The notes below the pieces were generated by a model. It saw only the letters and a program-made list of their open reading frames with translations, ran no database searches and was not told the origin of the DNA. The translations under genes were made by a program, and so were the position numbers. A stretch of 64,000 bases of DNA from Lacipirellulaceae bacterium. Its GTDB lineage: Bacteria; Planctomycetota; Planctomycetia; Pirellulales; Lacipirellulaceae. How positions within the stretch are numbered: position 1 is the stretch's first letter; each line of letters starts with the position of its first letter. This document shows, piece by piece, positions 22,616-33,308 of the stretch. The stretch covers positions 16,462-80,461 of the forward strand of contig JBIOVA010000218.1 of the NCBI GenBank assembly GCA_044867485.1. The letters are read 5' to 3'.

Positions 22616-23071
22616 GTGACCACGCCCTCCACCCGCATCGCCGGCATCGACTTCGGCACGATCCGCATCGGCATTGCCACGGCCGACCTCGCCGTCGGCA
22701 TCGCCGGGCCCTACGAGACCTACGCCCGCCGCAACGAGCAACTCGACGCCAACTACTTCCGCCGCTTCGCCGCCGAAGAGCGCATCGCCCGCTTCGTCGT
22801 CGGCTTGCCCGTCCACACCAGCGGCGCCGAGAGCCAAAAGTCGTGCGAAGCCCGGGAGTTTGGCGCCTGGCTCGAAAAAATTACCGGCGTCCCTGTCGAG
22901 TACTTCGACGAACGCTACACCAGCGCGGAAGCCGAGTCGCTGCTGCTGGACGCCGGCCTCACGAAGAAACGCCGCAACGAACGCCTCGACCAGCTCGCCG
23001 CCCAAATCATGCTCACCGCCTACCTGGAAGCCGGCGCCCGCGGGCAGCAAGCGCCTGAGCCCTTGGAGTAA
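22616..23071 (+). CDS. ruvX: YqgF/RuvX family nuclease
   Basis: IAGIDFGTIRIGIA, VVGLP, DERYTSAEA, LDQLAAQIMLTAYL. Confidence 0.92.
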   Translation: MTTPSTRIAGIDFGTIRIGIATADLAVGIAGPYETYARRNEQLDANYFRRFAAEERIARFVVGLPVHTSGAESQKSCEAREFGAWLEKITGVPVEYFDERYTSAEAESLLLDAGLTKKRRNERLDQLAAQIMLTAYLEAGARGQQAPEPLE

Positions 23072-23080
23072 GAGACTTTC

Positions 23081-24007
23081 TTGCCGCGAATCCCCCGAAT
23101 CATCTTTGGTTGTGGATATCTCGGGTTTCGCGCAGCCAAGTCCTGGCTGGCGTCCGGCGACCACGTCGTTGCTGTGACGCGAAGCGCAGAGCGTACCCGC
23201 GAGTTTCGCAGCACCGGCATGGTCGCCGCCCAGGGCGACGTCGCCAATCCCGAGTCGCTTCGCTTTCTCGCAAGCCTTCCTGCCCTCGGAGGCACACCGC
23301 CTGAAAGTCTGCTCTTTGCGGTCGGCTACGATCGCCACAGCGCCGCCGACATTCACGCGGTCTATGCCGGCGGATTGCAGAATGTCCTCGCCGCGCTGCC
23401 GCCGTCGGTCACGCGCGTCGTTTACATCAGCACTACGGGCGTCTACGGCCCGCATGACGGCGAGTGGGTCGACGAGCTCACCCTGCCCGACCCACAGCGC
23501 GACGGCGGCCGCGCATCACTCGCCGCCGAGCAGATCCTCGCGGAGCACCCGCTGGGGCGACGCAGCGTGATCCTGCGCATGGCCGGCCTCTACGGTCCGG
23601 GGCGCGTCCCGCATCTCGACAAGCTCCGCGCCGGCGAGCCGCTTCCCGTGCCCCGCGACGGTTGGTTGAACCTCATCCACGTCGACGACGCCGCCCGCAT
23701 CGTCGTCGCCGCCGACGCGTGGCTTGCCGCCCGCACGTCGTCCGTCGACGCCGTCGCCGACGGCCCGCACATCTTCTGCGTCGCCGACGGCGCCCCGGTT
23801 CGCCGCGACCACTACTACCGAGAGGCGGCGCGACGGCTCGGCGCCCCGCCGCCGCAATTCGCCGCCCCGCCGCCCAATTCGCCCGTCACCGCCCGCGCCG
23901 GCGCCAATCGCCGCGTTCGCAATCAAAAAATGCGCGAGACGTTCCACCTCGCGCTCGATTTCCCCACTTACCGTGAAGGCCTCGCCGCAATTCTCACCGC
24001 ACGTTAG
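23081..24007 (+). CDS. NAD-dependent epimerase/atypical SDR (YeeZ-like)
   Basis: IFGCGYLG, YISTTGVYG, LRMAGLYGPGR, NLIHVDDAA, PTYREGL. Confidence 0.88.
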   Translation: MPRIPRIIFGCGYLGFRAAKSWLASGDHVVAVTRSAERTREFRSTGMVAAQGDVANPESLRFLASLPALGGTPPESLLFAVGYDRHSAADIHAVYAGGLQNVLAALPPSVTRVVYISTTGVYGPHDGEWVDELTLPDPQRDGGRASLAAEQILAEHPLGRRSVILRMAGLYGPGRVPHLDKLRAGEPLPVPRDGWLNLIHVDDAARIVVAADAWLAARTSSVDAVADGPHIFCVADGAPVRRDHYYREAARRLGAPPPQFAAPPPNSPVTARAGANRRVRNQKMRETFHLALDFPTYREGLAAILTAR

Positions 24008-24147
24008 CCGCATCGCGAGCGAGGCCGCGTCACGCCGCCCCGCTTCGCCGGTTGCAAGCGCGCCCCCCCAGCCCCTAGAATTTCGATCGTCACACGGCCT
24101 TCGCTCCGGCATCACGCCCCGCCACCACTAAAACTAGCCACGGCACG

Positions 24148-24930
24148 ATGCTTTCCCGGACCCCGCTGTTTCCGAATGTCATCGAGCTGAACCACCAGGC
24201 TCGACGCCGCCTGTCCTGCGCCGTTTACCTCATTTACGACGACGCCGAGTGGGCCCTCATCGACATCGGCTACGAAGACGCCGTCGACGACTGCATCGAG
24301 CTCATCCGCCAACTCGATTTTCCGTTCAGCAAGTGCAAGACGCTCATCGCGTCGCACGCCGACGTCGATCATGTCCAGGGCTTCGCCACAGCCAAGCAGC
24401 TCTTTAAAACCACCGTGACCGCCCACCCCCTGGCGGCTGACCTGCTGGAGGTCGGCGACCGCTTCGCGACGTTCGCCCAGATCCCCGCCCAGGGCATCGA
24501 CATGCCGATGCCGCCTGTCACGGTCGAGCATCGCGTCAATGACGGCGACGTCATCAAGATCGGCAAGCTCAAGCTCGAAGTCTGGCACACGCCGGGTCAC
24601 ACCGACGGCCAACTCAGCTTCCGTTTGGGCGACCTGTTGTTCTCCGGCGACAATCTGTTCCGCGACGGCTGCGTCGGCGTCATCGACGCCCACCACGGCA
24701 GCAGCATCCCCGACTTCATCCAATCGCTCCAGCGGATCCGCGCCAGCGACGTGAAGTGGCTACTCCCCAGCCACGGCCCGGCGTTTCGCAAAGACGATGC
24801 CCTCATCGACCGCACGCTCACGCGCTTGGAAACCTACCTCCATATGGCCGACTTCGGCACGTGCGCCATCGACTGGCCGCTGATGGACGAGTGGGAAGAA
24901 GAACTGGTCGAGGGCCGAGCCCCCAAGTAG
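24148..24930 (+). CDS. Metallo-beta-lactamase fold hydrolase
   Basis: LIDIG, SHADVDH (HxDxDH variant), HTPGHT, FSGD, LPSHG. Confidence 0.88.
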   Translation: MLSRTPLFPNVIELNHQARRRLSCAVYLIYDDAEWALIDIGYEDAVDDCIELIRQLDFPFSKCKTLIASHADVDHVQGFATAKQLFKTTVTAHPLAADLLEVGDRFATFAQIPAQGIDMPMPPVTVEHRVNDGDVIKIGKLKLEVWHTPGHTDGQLSFRLGDLLFSGDNLFRDGCVGVIDAHHGSSIPDFIQSLQRIRASDVKWLLPSHGPAFRKDDALIDRTLTRLETYLHMADFGTCAIDWPLMDEWEEELVEGRAPK

Positions 24931-25006
24931 GCTGAAGCGGTCGTCGGCGTCGCATCGCAGCGATTCCGCACTCGTCCCGCCCGCCCTCCGTTCGCCAGGC
25001 CTTGCC

Positions 25007-26680
25007 GTGCGCCGCTTGCCCCTTGATTGCCTCTTCGCGCTTTGCATCCTGGCGCCGGCAACCCGCGCCGAGTTGTTTCCCGCCGAAGTCGCCATCATCG
25101 CGGCCCGCGGCAACGCGCAGTCCGAGCAGCTCGCCGCGTACTACGCCCAGGTGCGTGGCGTCCCCGTCGAGCACATCTGCCTCGTCGACCTGCCCGCCGG
25201 CGACGAGTGCCCCCGCGAGACTTGGGAGGCGACCATTCGACACGCCCTCCGCGCGTGGTTGGCCGAGCACGACCCCAAGCACAAGCTCCGCTGCCTCGTG
25301 ACGATCTGGGGCGTGCCGCTCGCGATCGGCGCTGCGGCGCCGACCGCCGCGCTCGCCGCCTATGAGGGTTTCCTCGTCGACGAGCGGCGCGAACGCTTTG
25401 CCGCGCTTCGCGCAGCCATCGACGAATGCAACAAACTTGCCCCGGCCAGTGCAATCACCACGGACGCGGGGGTCGCCGCCGAGGGGCCAGCATCGCCCGG
25501 AGACGCCATCGACGACTCCGCCGCGCCCGTCGAAATGCGCCGCCAATTGGAAAATACGCTCGAAGCGGCGTTCGCCGCCGCCCAAGCACGCATCGCCGCC
25601 TTGCCGGAGGGCGTCGAGCGCGACGCCGCGAATGTGCGTCTGCAGCAATTGATCGCCGCCGCGGGGGGCGCCGGAGTCATTGTGCAGAACCTCGATCTGC
25701 AACTTCGCGCCAGGCCCGAAGCCGATCCCGCGCTGCAAGCCGAATTCCACCGCATCCGCGGCGGTGGCGCCGCCTGGAACGAGGCGCGGCAACTTCTCGA
25801 ACAGCGCCCGCCTAGCATCGATCGTGACGTTCCCATCCTCGCGCTCGTCGACCGCATGGGCGGCCATCTGGCCGTCGTCGCGTGGCTCGACGAGCAGATC
25901 GCCGTCACCACTCGCGACGAAACGGCTGCCAGCTTCGATAGCGAGCTCGCGCTCATCCACTGGCCCGCCGGCTACGAACTGCTCGGCTCGCAACCCAACT
26001 ATCTGCACAGTTCGTACGACCGCTCGCCCTTGCGCCGCGCCTTTCCGACGCTGATGGTCGCACGGCTCGACGCACCGACCTTCGCTCTGGCCAAAGAGCT
26101 TGTCGACGCGGCCCTCGCCGCCGAACGCGACGGCCTCCGCGGCACGGCATACTTCGACGCCCGCGGACTTGCCGCGCCAGGCGAGCAGATCGTCGAACCC
26201 CGCGCCCCGGCGGCGTTCGACGGAGCGCTGCTCGCCACCGCCGCCGCCCTGCGGGACGGAACGAACATGGAAGTCGTGCTCGACGACAAACCGCCGCCAT
26301 TTCCAAGCGGCGCCTGCCCCGACGCGGCGCTCTACTGCGGCTGGTACAGCCTCGGCAAGTACGTCGACGCCTTCGCTTGGCAGCAGGGCGCCATCGCGTA
26401 CCACCTCGGCGGCGGCGAAGCGGCCCGCCTCCACGATCCCGACACGCAGCGCTGGTGCAAACGGCTGCTCGAAGATGGCGTCGCCGCAACGATCGGGGCC
26501 GTCGACCAGCCGCAACTCGCGTCCTACCCGCGCCCCGACGAGTTCTTCGCCGCGCTCGTGCGCGGCGACCTTACGCTCGCCGAAGCCTACTGGCAGACGC
26601 TCCCCCGCGCGAGCGACCCCATGGCGCTCCTCGGAGACCCGCTTTATCGGCCGTTCAAGAACCGCACTGCCGGTCGATGA
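25007..26680 (+). CDS. TIGR03790 family exported protein
   Basis: SEQLAAYYAQVRGVP, LVTIWGVPL, AASFDSELAL, LMVARLDAP, ALYCGWYS, GAIAYH, GAVDQP, LLGDPLYRPF. Confidence 0.85.
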   Translation: MRRLPLDCLFALCILAPATRAELFPAEVAIIAARGNAQSEQLAAYYAQVRGVPVEHICLVDLPAGDECPRETWEATIRHALRAWLAEHDPKHKLRCLVTIWGVPLAIGAAAPTAALAAYEGFLVDERRERFAALRAAIDECNKLAPASAITTDAGVAAEGPASPGDAIDDSAAPVEMRRQLENTLEAAFAAAQARIAALPEGVERDAANVRLQQLIAAAGGAGVIVQNLDLQLRARPEADPALQAEFHRIRGGGAAWNEARQLLEQRPPSIDRDVPILALVDRMGGHLAVVAWLDEQIAVTTRDETAASFDSELALIHWPAGYELLGSQPNYLHSSYDRSPLRRAFPTLMVARLDAPTFALAKELVDAALAAERDGLRGTAYFDARGLAAPGEQIVEPRAPAAFDGALLATAAALRDGTNMEVVLDDKPPPFPSGACPDAALYCGWYSLGKYVDAFAWQQGAIAYHLGGGEAARLHDPDTQRWCKRLLEDGVAATIGAVDQPQLASYPRPDEFFAALVRGDLTLAEAYWQTLPRASDPMALLGDPLYRPFKNRTAGR

Positions 26681-26753
26681 CGAGGCCGATGGTCGTGCCG
26701 CGCCTCAGATTGCCACAGGGCGCAATTCCGCACAGAATGGAAACCCAGGGGGG

Positions 26754-29120
26754 ATGGCGATGCGACCGGGGTTTCGCTTACGAGTCAAGACGACGTTGCC
26801 GCAGTTCGCGCTGATGGCGATTGTCGCTACCGCCACCCTCGTTGCCGATGCGTCCGAGTCGGAACTCGACGGGCGCGCCATCTTTACGACGACCTGTGCC
26901 CGTTGCCACGGTCCCGACGGCGCCGGCGTTGAGGACGGGCCTGATCCGCTGACCGGCGATCTGTCGGTCGCCCAGCTTACCGAAGTGATCGCCGAGACGA
27001 TGCCCGAGGATGACCCCGGCACACTTTCGCCGGACGAGGCCGTCGCCGTCGCCGCGTTCATCCACGACGCCTTCTACTCACCGATCGCCCGCGCACGCAA
27101 CAAGCCGCCCCGCATCGACCTGGCGCGGCTCACCGTTGGCCAGTATCGCCGCGCGGTCGCCGACTTGCTCGGCAGCTTTGGCGACCCGCCGCGCGGGAGC
27201 GACCGCCGCGGTTTGGTCGGCGAGTACTTCCAAGGCCGCGAGCCCAGCGGCGAGCAGGACCGCGCCGCCCGCCGCATCGACCCGCAAGTCGACTTCAACT
27301 TCGGCGTCGACGCGCCCACGCCCAAGATCAAAGAGCCGCACGGCTTCTCCGTTCGCTGGACGGGGTCGATCTGCGCGGCCGAAACCGGCGAGTATCAATT
27401 CGTCGTCCGCACCGATCACGCCGCGCGACTGTGGATTAACGACGCCGAGCGCCCGCTCATCGATGCGTGGGTCAAATCGGGCGACGACACCGACCACGAG
27501 GGCCGGTTGTTCCTCATTGGCGGCCGCGCGTACCCGATCAAGCTCGAGTTCTCGAAAGCCAAACTGGGAGTCGACGACGACAAGGAGAAGAAGGAAAAGC
27601 CGCCCTCCGCGCCCGCCTCGATCGCGCTCCTGTGGCGGCGGCCCCACGGCGCCTTGCAGCCCGTGCCGTCGACCAACCTCGCCTCGACGCCGGCGCCCGA
27701 GTCGTTCGTCTGCTCCACGCCCTTCCCGCCCGACGATCGCAGCTACGGCTGGGAGCGCGGCACGGCCGTGTCGAAGGATTGGGACCAGGCGACCACGGCC
27801 GCGGCGATTCAAGCGGCCGACTACGTTGCCGCCCGCTTGAACCGACTGGCGAACACGAGCGATGACGCCGGTGATCGCGCGGAAAAACTCCGCGACTTCT
27901 GCCGCACGCTCGTCGAGCGCGCGTTTCGCCAACCGCTCGACCGCGGCCTGGCCCGTTCCCACGTCGACGCGCAATTGGCAGCCGTCGGCGAGCCCGAACT
28001 GGCCGTTCGCCGCGTCGTGCTGCTCGCCCTCAAGTCGCCGCGATTCTTGTTCCGCGAACTTGGCGACGGCCCCGATCCGTACCACGCCGCCGCCCGGCTC
28101 TCGTTCGGCCTTTGGGACTCGATTCCCGACGAGCCGCTGATCGCCGCCGCCCGCGACGGTCGCTTGACCACCAAGGCCGAGCGCCGCCACCAGGCCCAGC
28201 GGATGGTCGCCGACCCGCGGGCCCGCGCTAAGCTGCACGAGTTTCTGCTGGCGTGGCTCGACCTCGACGTGCCGGCGGATCTCCGCAAGGATCCGGCGCT
28301 GTATCCCGAGTGCGATGAAATATTCCTGGCGGACCTGCGGACGTCGCTGGAGCTGTTTCTCGACGACGTGCTCAAGTCGGAAGCCGCCGACTACCGCCGA
28401 TTGCTGCTGGCCGACGAGGTGTACCTCAACAAGCGCCTCGCCAAGGCGTATGGCGTCGAGCCGCCGCCCGACGACGCCGAGTCGGTCGCCGGCTTCACGC
28501 GCGTCCGCCTCGACGTCGGCCAACGCTCCGGCATCCTGACGCATCCGTATATGATGGCCCGCTTCTCCTACAGCAGCGGGACCTCGCCGATTCATCGCGG
28601 CGTGTTCTTGGCCCGCGGCATGTTGGGCCAGGCGCTCCGCCCGCCGCCGGAGGCGTTCACGCCGCTGGCGCCCGAGCTGCATCCCGACCTCACCACCCGC
28701 GAGCGCGTCGCGCTGCAAACTGAGCCTGCTGCGTGCATGACGTGCCACCGGATCATCAATCCGCTGGGGTTCACGCTGGAACGGTTCGACGCCATCGGCC
28801 GCTACCGCGATCGCGAGGGCGACAAGCCGGTCGACGACGCCGGCGCCTTCCGGACGCGCACCGGCGACGTGGTGGCCCTCCGCGGCGCCCGCGAGCTCGC
28901 CCAGTACGTCGCCACGAGCGAGGAGGGCCAGGCGGCCTTTGTCGAACAACTGTTTCACCACCTCGTGGGCCAATCGGTCGAGGCCTACGGCTCCAACGTA
29001 CTTGAGATTTTGCGGCAGTCGTTCGCCGACCACGACTACAATATCCGCCAACTCGCCGTCGAAATCATGGTTGCCACGATTCCCGTCGGACGCGAAACTA
29101 GTGGGGACGGCGACCCCTAA
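26754..29120 (+). CDS. Cytochrome c + PA14 + DUF1595/DUF1592/DUF1588/DUF1585 protein
   Basis: CARCHG heme motif, PA14-like FSVRWTGSI, LKSPRFLFR, RLSFGLWDSIPD, TSPIHRG, CMTCH, LGFTLERFDAIGR. Confidence 0.88.
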   Translation: MAMRPGFRLRVKTTLPQFALMAIVATATLVADASESELDGRAIFTTTCARCHGPDGAGVEDGPDPLTGDLSVAQLTEVIAETMPEDDPGTLSPDEAVAVAAFIHDAFYSPIARARNKPPRIDLARLTVGQYRRAVADLLGSFGDPPRGSDRRGLVGEYFQGREPSGEQDRAARRIDPQVDFNFGVDAPTPKIKEPHGFSVRWTGSICAAETGEYQFVVRTDHAARLWINDAERPLIDAWVKSGDDTDHEGRLFLIGGRAYPIKLEFSKAKLGVDDDKEKKEKPPSAPASIALLWRRPHGALQPVPSTNLASTPAPESFVCSTPFPPDDRSYGWERGTAVSKDWDQATTAAAIQAADYVAARLNRLANTSDDAGDRAEKLRDFCRTLVERAFRQPLDRGLARSHVDAQLAAVGEPELAVRRVVLLALKSPRFLFRELGDGPDPYHAAARLSFGLWDSIPDEPLIAAARDGRLTTKAERRHQAQRMVADPRARAKLHEFLLAWLDLDVPADLRKDPALYPECDEIFLADLRTSLELFLDDVLKSEAADYRRLLLADEVYLNKRLAKAYGVEPPPDDAESVAGFTRVRLDVGQRSGILTHPYMMARFSYSSGTSPIHRGVFLARGMLGQALRPPPEAFTPLAPELHPDLTTRERVALQTEPAACMTCHRIINPLGFTLERFDAIGRYRDREGDKPVDDAGAFRTRTGDVVALRGARELAQYVATSEEGQAAFVEQLFHHLVGQSVEAYGSNVLEILRQSFADHDYNIRQLAVEIMVATIPVGRETSGDGDP

Positions 29121-29171
29121 CGTCCACGACGCCGCCAGCGTCGTCCGTCCAGCCCTTGCGGAGGAACGTCG

Positions 29172-30485
29172 ATGGCCCACAACTCCCGCCGCCAGTTTCT
29201 CCGCAAGCTCGGCCTTAGCGCCGGCACCCTGCCGTTCTTGCTCAACCTGCCGAGCCTCGCGTTCGCCAATCAGACGCGGCGCAAGCAGCGGCTCGTCATC
29301 ATTTTTAGCCCCGACGGCACGGTACCCAAAACGTTCTGGCCGGACGAAGAGGGCGACAAGTTTTCGTTCAAAGAAATCCTCGCGCCGCTGGAGCCGTACA
29401 AGGATCGCACGCTCGTCCTGCACGGCGTGGCCGACCGCATCCGCGGCGACGGCGACGGCCACATGCGCGGCATCGGCTGCCTGCTCACCGGCATCGAGCT
29501 CTTCCCCGGCAACATCCAGGGCGGCTCCGACACGCCCGCCGGTTGGGCCAGCGGCATCTCGATCGACCAGGAAATCAAGAACTTTCTCCAGCAAGATCCC
29601 GCCACGCAGACGCGTTTCGGCTCGCTGGAGTTCGGCGTCTTGGTGCCCGACCGCGCCGACACCTGGACCCGCATGTCCTACGCCGGGGCCAATCAGCCGC
29701 TCGCCCCCATCGACGACCCCTACCAGATGTTCGCCAAACTCTACGGCCAGATGCGCGACCGCGAGACGCTCGGCAGCGTGCTCGACGACCTGGCCGACGA
29801 CCTCAACACGATCCGCGCCGCGGTGAGCCCCGAGGATCGCCAGCTTCTCGACCAGCAGGCGACGTTCGTCCGCGAGATGGAGCAGGAGCTCCGGGCCGCC
29901 GCGGCCGAGAAGATCGGCCACCTCACGCCGGAGCTGGAGCCCGGCGTCGACGAAGACAACGACAACATGCCGACGCTCAGCCGGATGCAGATCGAGCTGC
30001 TGGTGAGCAGCTTCGCCAACGATTCGTCGCGCGTCGCCACGTTGCAGTACACGCACTCCGTCGGCGGCGCCAAGATGCGCTGGCTCGGCATCGACGAAGG
30101 CCAACACGGCCTGTCGCACGAGCCCGACGCGAACGAAAAGGCCCAGGATCAGCTCACCAAGATCAACCGCTGGTACTGTGAGCAGATGGCGTACCTCGCC
30201 CAACGGCTGGCCGAAACGCCCGAGCCCGGCGGCCCGGGGAGCCTGCTCGACAATACGCTCATCATGTGGACCAACGAGCTCGGCCAGGGCAACTCGCACA
30301 CGCTCGACAACATTCCCTTCGTGCTGGTCGGCGGCGGGCTCGACTTCCAAATGGGTCGGTCGCTCAAGTTCAAACAGACGCCCCACAACCGCCTGCTGAT
30401 GTCCCTGGCCCACGGCTTCGGCCACCGCATCGAACGGTTCGGCAACCCCGACTTCTGCGGTGCGGGGGCGCTCACTCTGAGTTAG
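29172..30485 (+). CDS. DUF1552 domain protein (Tat-exported partner of the DUF1592 protein)
   Basis: SRRQFLR twin-arginine signal, [37 protein letters not shown]. Confidence 0.9.
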   Translation: MAHNSRRQFLRKLGLSAGTLPFLLNLPSLAFANQTRRKQRLVIIFSPDGTVPKTFWPDEEGDKFSFKEILAPLEPYKDRTLVLHGVADRIRGDGDGHMRGIGCLLTGIELFPGNIQGGSDTPAGWASGISIDQEIKNFLQQDPATQTRFGSLEFGVLVPDRADTWTRMSYAGANQPLAPIDDPYQMFAKLYGQMRDRETLGSVLDDLADDLNTIRAAVSPEDRQLLDQQATFVREMEQELRAAAAEKIGHLTPELEPGVDEDNDNMPTLSRMQIELLVSSFANDSSRVATLQYTHSVGGAKMRWLGIDEGQHGLSHEPDANEKAQDQLTKINRWYCEQMAYLAQRLAETPEPGGPGSLLDNTLIMWTNELGQGNSHTLDNIPFVLVGGGLDFQMGRSLKFKQTPHNRLLMSLAHGFGHRIERFGNPDFCGAGALTLS

Positions 30486-30574
30486 CGCCTTGTCGCAGCG
30501 CGCCCATTTCTCGCGGGGATTCATGCCATTCTCGCGGCTCGAGGTGGGTTTTCCGAGAATTCGCCCCGAAATAT

Positions 30575-30603
30575 TTGACGCCCGCCGCGCCGTTGGGGAT
30601 GAT
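30575..30603 (+). promoter_or_regulatory. Putative sigma70 promoter for the lamin-tail PEP-CTERM gene
   Basis: TTGACG-17 nt-GATGAT, 54 nt before the start at 30657. Confidence 0.4.
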
Positions 30604-30656
30604 GGCGGCCTGTTTCCGCCCGCAGTTTCACCGATGATCGAGTTCGAGGATTTGTC

Positions 30657-31349
30657 GTGAACATTCGCCTGGGCTTACTCCTAATGCTTGTCGTGGTGTC
30701 GGGCCCAAGGTGCGCGGTCGCCGATCTGATCATCAGTCAGTACGTCGAAACGAGCTCCGGCTTTTCTCCCAAAGGCATCGAAATCTGGAACTCCTCGTCC
30801 ACCGCGATCGACTTCTCGGCGACGCCTCTCAGCGTATTTATCGGGGTCAACGGCACTGGCCTCAGCAATCAACCTGGAGCGGGCATCACGACAGGAACAT
30901 TGCCCGGGAACGCCGTACTTGTGATTGGAACTAGTGATATTGGATCGTACCTGACCGCTACGTTCGGCGCTGGAGTCGTCCAATATCATGAATTTGGCTT
31001 CACTTTCAACGGAGACGACGCCCTCCAAATTCTCCTGGGCAGCATTGCCACAGACACCTTCGGCAATCCGGGATCGGACCCGGGCGCAGCCTGGACGGGA
31101 AGCACCGTCAGCACGGCGAACCAGAACATCGCGCTCAAGCCCGGCATCCTCACCGGCAATGCCGACGGCTTTATCGATCCTAGCCTCCGCTATCAGACCG
31201 TCTCGACCGACAACAGCCTCACCGGCTTCGGCGTCGCGCCGGCCGCGGTGCCCGAGGCGTCCGCGTTTCTCTTTGGCGGACTCATCAGCGGCGTCGCCGG
31301 ACTCTGGTCACTGCGCCAGCGTCGCCGCCGCGTCGACTCTGCGGGCTAA
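30657..31349 (+). CDS. PEP-CTERM protein with a lamin-tail-like domain
   Basis: Signal peptide, LIISQYVETSSGFSPKGIEIWN, FNGDDALQI. VPEASAFLFGGL...RQRRRR tail. Confidence 0.82.
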   Translation: MNIRLGLLLMLVVVSGPRCAVADLIISQYVETSSGFSPKGIEIWNSSSTAIDFSATPLSVFIGVNGTGLSNQPGAGITTGTLPGNAVLVIGTSDIGSYLTATFGAGVVQYHEFGFTFNGDDALQILLGSIATDTFGNPGSDPGAAWTGSTVSTANQNIALKPGILTGNADGFIDPSLRYQTVSTDNSLTGFGVAPAAVPEASAFLFGGLISGVAGLWSLRQRRRRVDSAG

Positions 31350-31563
31350 CCACGGCCGACGTGCATAGGTCCCCCGCCGCTAGCCCGTACCGGGCCAGGA
31401 CGGCGGGCATGATCTCCCCGATGCGGCGCGGCTCATGGTCCGACTCAGGCGGCGTCGCCGGGGCACGGGACGGGACCAAGGAAATGGCGGTCGCGGCAAC
31501 GACCGGCAGAACAGCGGCGTTCACGGCAAATCTCCCCACAAGGCGGCTGGAATCGGCGTGCAA
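31285..31563 (-). CDS. Possible small hypothetical protein (EPRRIGEIMPAVLARYGL core)
   Basis: Lies directly downstream of a strong minus-strand promoter and has an amphipathic helical core. Overlaps the end of the preceding gene by 65 nt, so uncertain. Confidence 0.4.
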   Translation of the reverse strand: MHADSSRLVGRFAVNAAVLPVVAATAISLVPSRAPATPPESDHEPRRIGEIMPAVLARYGLAAGDLCTSAVVSPQSRRGGDAGAVTRVRRRR

Positions 31564-31578
31564 CGGCCGATGAGGGCA

Positions 31579-31606
31579 ATTCTAGCGAGTAGTGTACATA
31601 GGTCAA
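31579..31606 (-). promoter_or_regulatory. sigma70-like promoter with an overlapping palindromic box
   Basis: Minus strand TTGACC-16 nt-TAGAAT. The box TGTAC-ATAG-GTCAA (31593-31606) covers the -35 element. Confidence 0.6.
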
Positions 31607-31902
31607 GTATTCGGGCGCGCCGGCCGTGTCTGTCACGCCGAGGTCGGCCGAGGCGTCCGGCCGCAGTCGACCAACTGGACCCCTCGGTGAACCTCGGGGT
31701 GACAGGGTTCGAGGCCCACGCCCAGGACCAGACGGCACTCTTTGCGCAGCTTGCCTGACGCGAACGCCCGCGAGACTCTCTGTAGCTGGCGCCGCCGGTA
31801 AATCTGGAGCCCGCCGCTGGGCGCGGACGATGCTGACTTGTGAATCTCTGCGGCGTATGCCCATTGCAACGGCGTCGCGAGGTTCTCAGGAGGGCGGAAA
31901 CG

Positions 31903-33147
31903 ATGGAGGGGATGTTCTCGCGCCGCGGGCGCCGATTCGCACTGGCCGGCACGCTGCTCGCGGCTTTCGCAACGCTCACGGCCAATGACGCCGTCGGGCA
32001 AACCTACGGCATCGAGATGCACAACACGCTCATGCCCGCCTCCGGCGCCATGGGCGGGGCGAGCATTGCCATGCCGCAGGATCACCTGTCGGCGATCAAC
32101 GGCAACCCCGCCACGCTCACGCAATTCGGCGGCACGAACTTCACGTTCGGCGGCGCGTGGGCCGAGGCGACCTACAACGTCACGCAGCTCGACCCCCTGC
32201 CGTTGGTCGACGTCGATCCGTTCAGTGCGAAGTCGAACCAACCCGGCGGCTCGGCCGGCAACATCGGCGTGACGCAAGAGCTCTCCGCCGGCGGCGTGCC
32301 GGTGGTGCTCGGCCTGGGCTTCATCACGAGCGCCGGCGGCGGCGTCGACTTCCGCGGCGTCCCCGAGTCCAACGGCACGTCCGCCCAGTATGTCGCGCTC
32401 GACATCATTGCCGCGCTCGGCGTCCCCGTCACCGAGAATCTGTCGATGGGCGGCGCGTTCACCATCGGCACGTCGTTCCTTGATGGCCCATTCACCGACA
32501 CGGGGGGTATGGCGACCGCGTACGGCCTGCGCGGCACGATCGGCGCGTCGTACCGGCTTCTGGACGCCACCAGCCTGGGCGCCTATTGGCAGACCAAGAA
32601 GCATTTCCATTTCGACGACGCCGCGGTGTTCGACAGCGGGTCGTTCGACCTGTCGTTCGATCATCCCGAGAACCTCGGCCTGGGGATCGCCGACCAGAGC
32701 CTGATGGACGGCCGGCTGCTCGTGGCGATGGACGTGCTGTTCAAGCAGTACAGCAACGCCGACTTCTTGAGCTCGATTTACGACAACCAGTGGGTCTACC
32801 AGTTCGGCCTGCAGTTCCAAGCCAACGACCGCGTGAAGCTCCGCTGCGGCTACTCGTACAACACCGACCCGATGCGCGCCGCAACCGTCACGGAGATCGG
32901 CGGCGTTCCCGTGCCCGATGGTATCCCGGGGCTGCGCTATATCCAGGGGCAGTTCGCGGCGATCACGCTGCATCACATCACCGCCGGGGTGGGCATCTCG
33001 AACCTGCTGCCGGGGATCGACTCCGACTTCCTGGTGGGCGGCGCGTTCGAGGAGACCGATCAGTTCGCCAGCACGATCGCGTCGGTGGAGAGCTACTGGG
33101 TCGGCACGTATCTCACGTGGCGGTTCGGGGCCAGCGACAGGCGGTAA
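31903..33147 (+). CDS. Outer-membrane FadL/OmpP1-like beta-barrel transporter
   Basis: AGGAGG SD before ATG 31903, signal peptide, ASGAMGGASIA..AINGNPATL hatch motif, alternating beta-strands, aromatic C-terminus (YLTWRF). Confidence 0.78.
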   Translation: MEGMFSRRGRRFALAGTLLAAFATLTANDAVGQTYGIEMHNTLMPASGAMGGASIAMPQDHLSAINGNPATLTQFGGTNFTFGGAWAEATYNVTQLDPLPLVDVDPFSAKSNQPGGSAGNIGVTQELSAGGVPVVLGLGFITSAGGGVDFRGVPESNGTSAQYVALDIIAALGVPVTENLSMGGAFTIGTSFLDGPFTDTGGMATAYGLRGTIGASYRLLDATSLGAYWQTKKHFHFDDAAVFDSGSFDLSFDHPENLGLGIADQSLMDGRLLVAMDVLFKQYSNADFLSSIYDNQWVYQFGLQFQANDRVKLRCGYSYNTDPMRAATVTEIGGVPVPDGIPGLRYIQGQFAAITLHHITAGVGISNLLPGIDSDFLVGGAFEETDQFASTIASVESYWVGTYLTWRFGASDRR

Positions 33148-33308
33148 GTCGCGCAAGGGGCCGCGGCATTCCGCCACGGTGGCGCGCAAAAAGCGGATCC
33201 CCAGGGCTGCGGAGAAGACGGCTCGCTCTGGCGGACACTTCGCGAGCGCCCGACGGCGAGTTGAGCCTGGATTTCTCGGGGTTTTGCGGCTCGGGCGGCG
33301 GTGGGAAT

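Noticed and set aside
24349-24372. HxDxDH instead of HxHxDH in the MBL-fold protein
   Set aside because: Metal-ligand variants are common in this superfamily, so this is not evidence of novelty by itself.
27078-30524. 1148-aa minus-strand ORF, and similar long antisense ORFs (16645-19290, 24818-26515, 35433-37631, 39349-40479, 44472-46709, 49503-51686, 52397-53950)
   Set aside because: They are shadow frames opposite well-supported genes in high-GC DNA, with no motifs or initiation signals.
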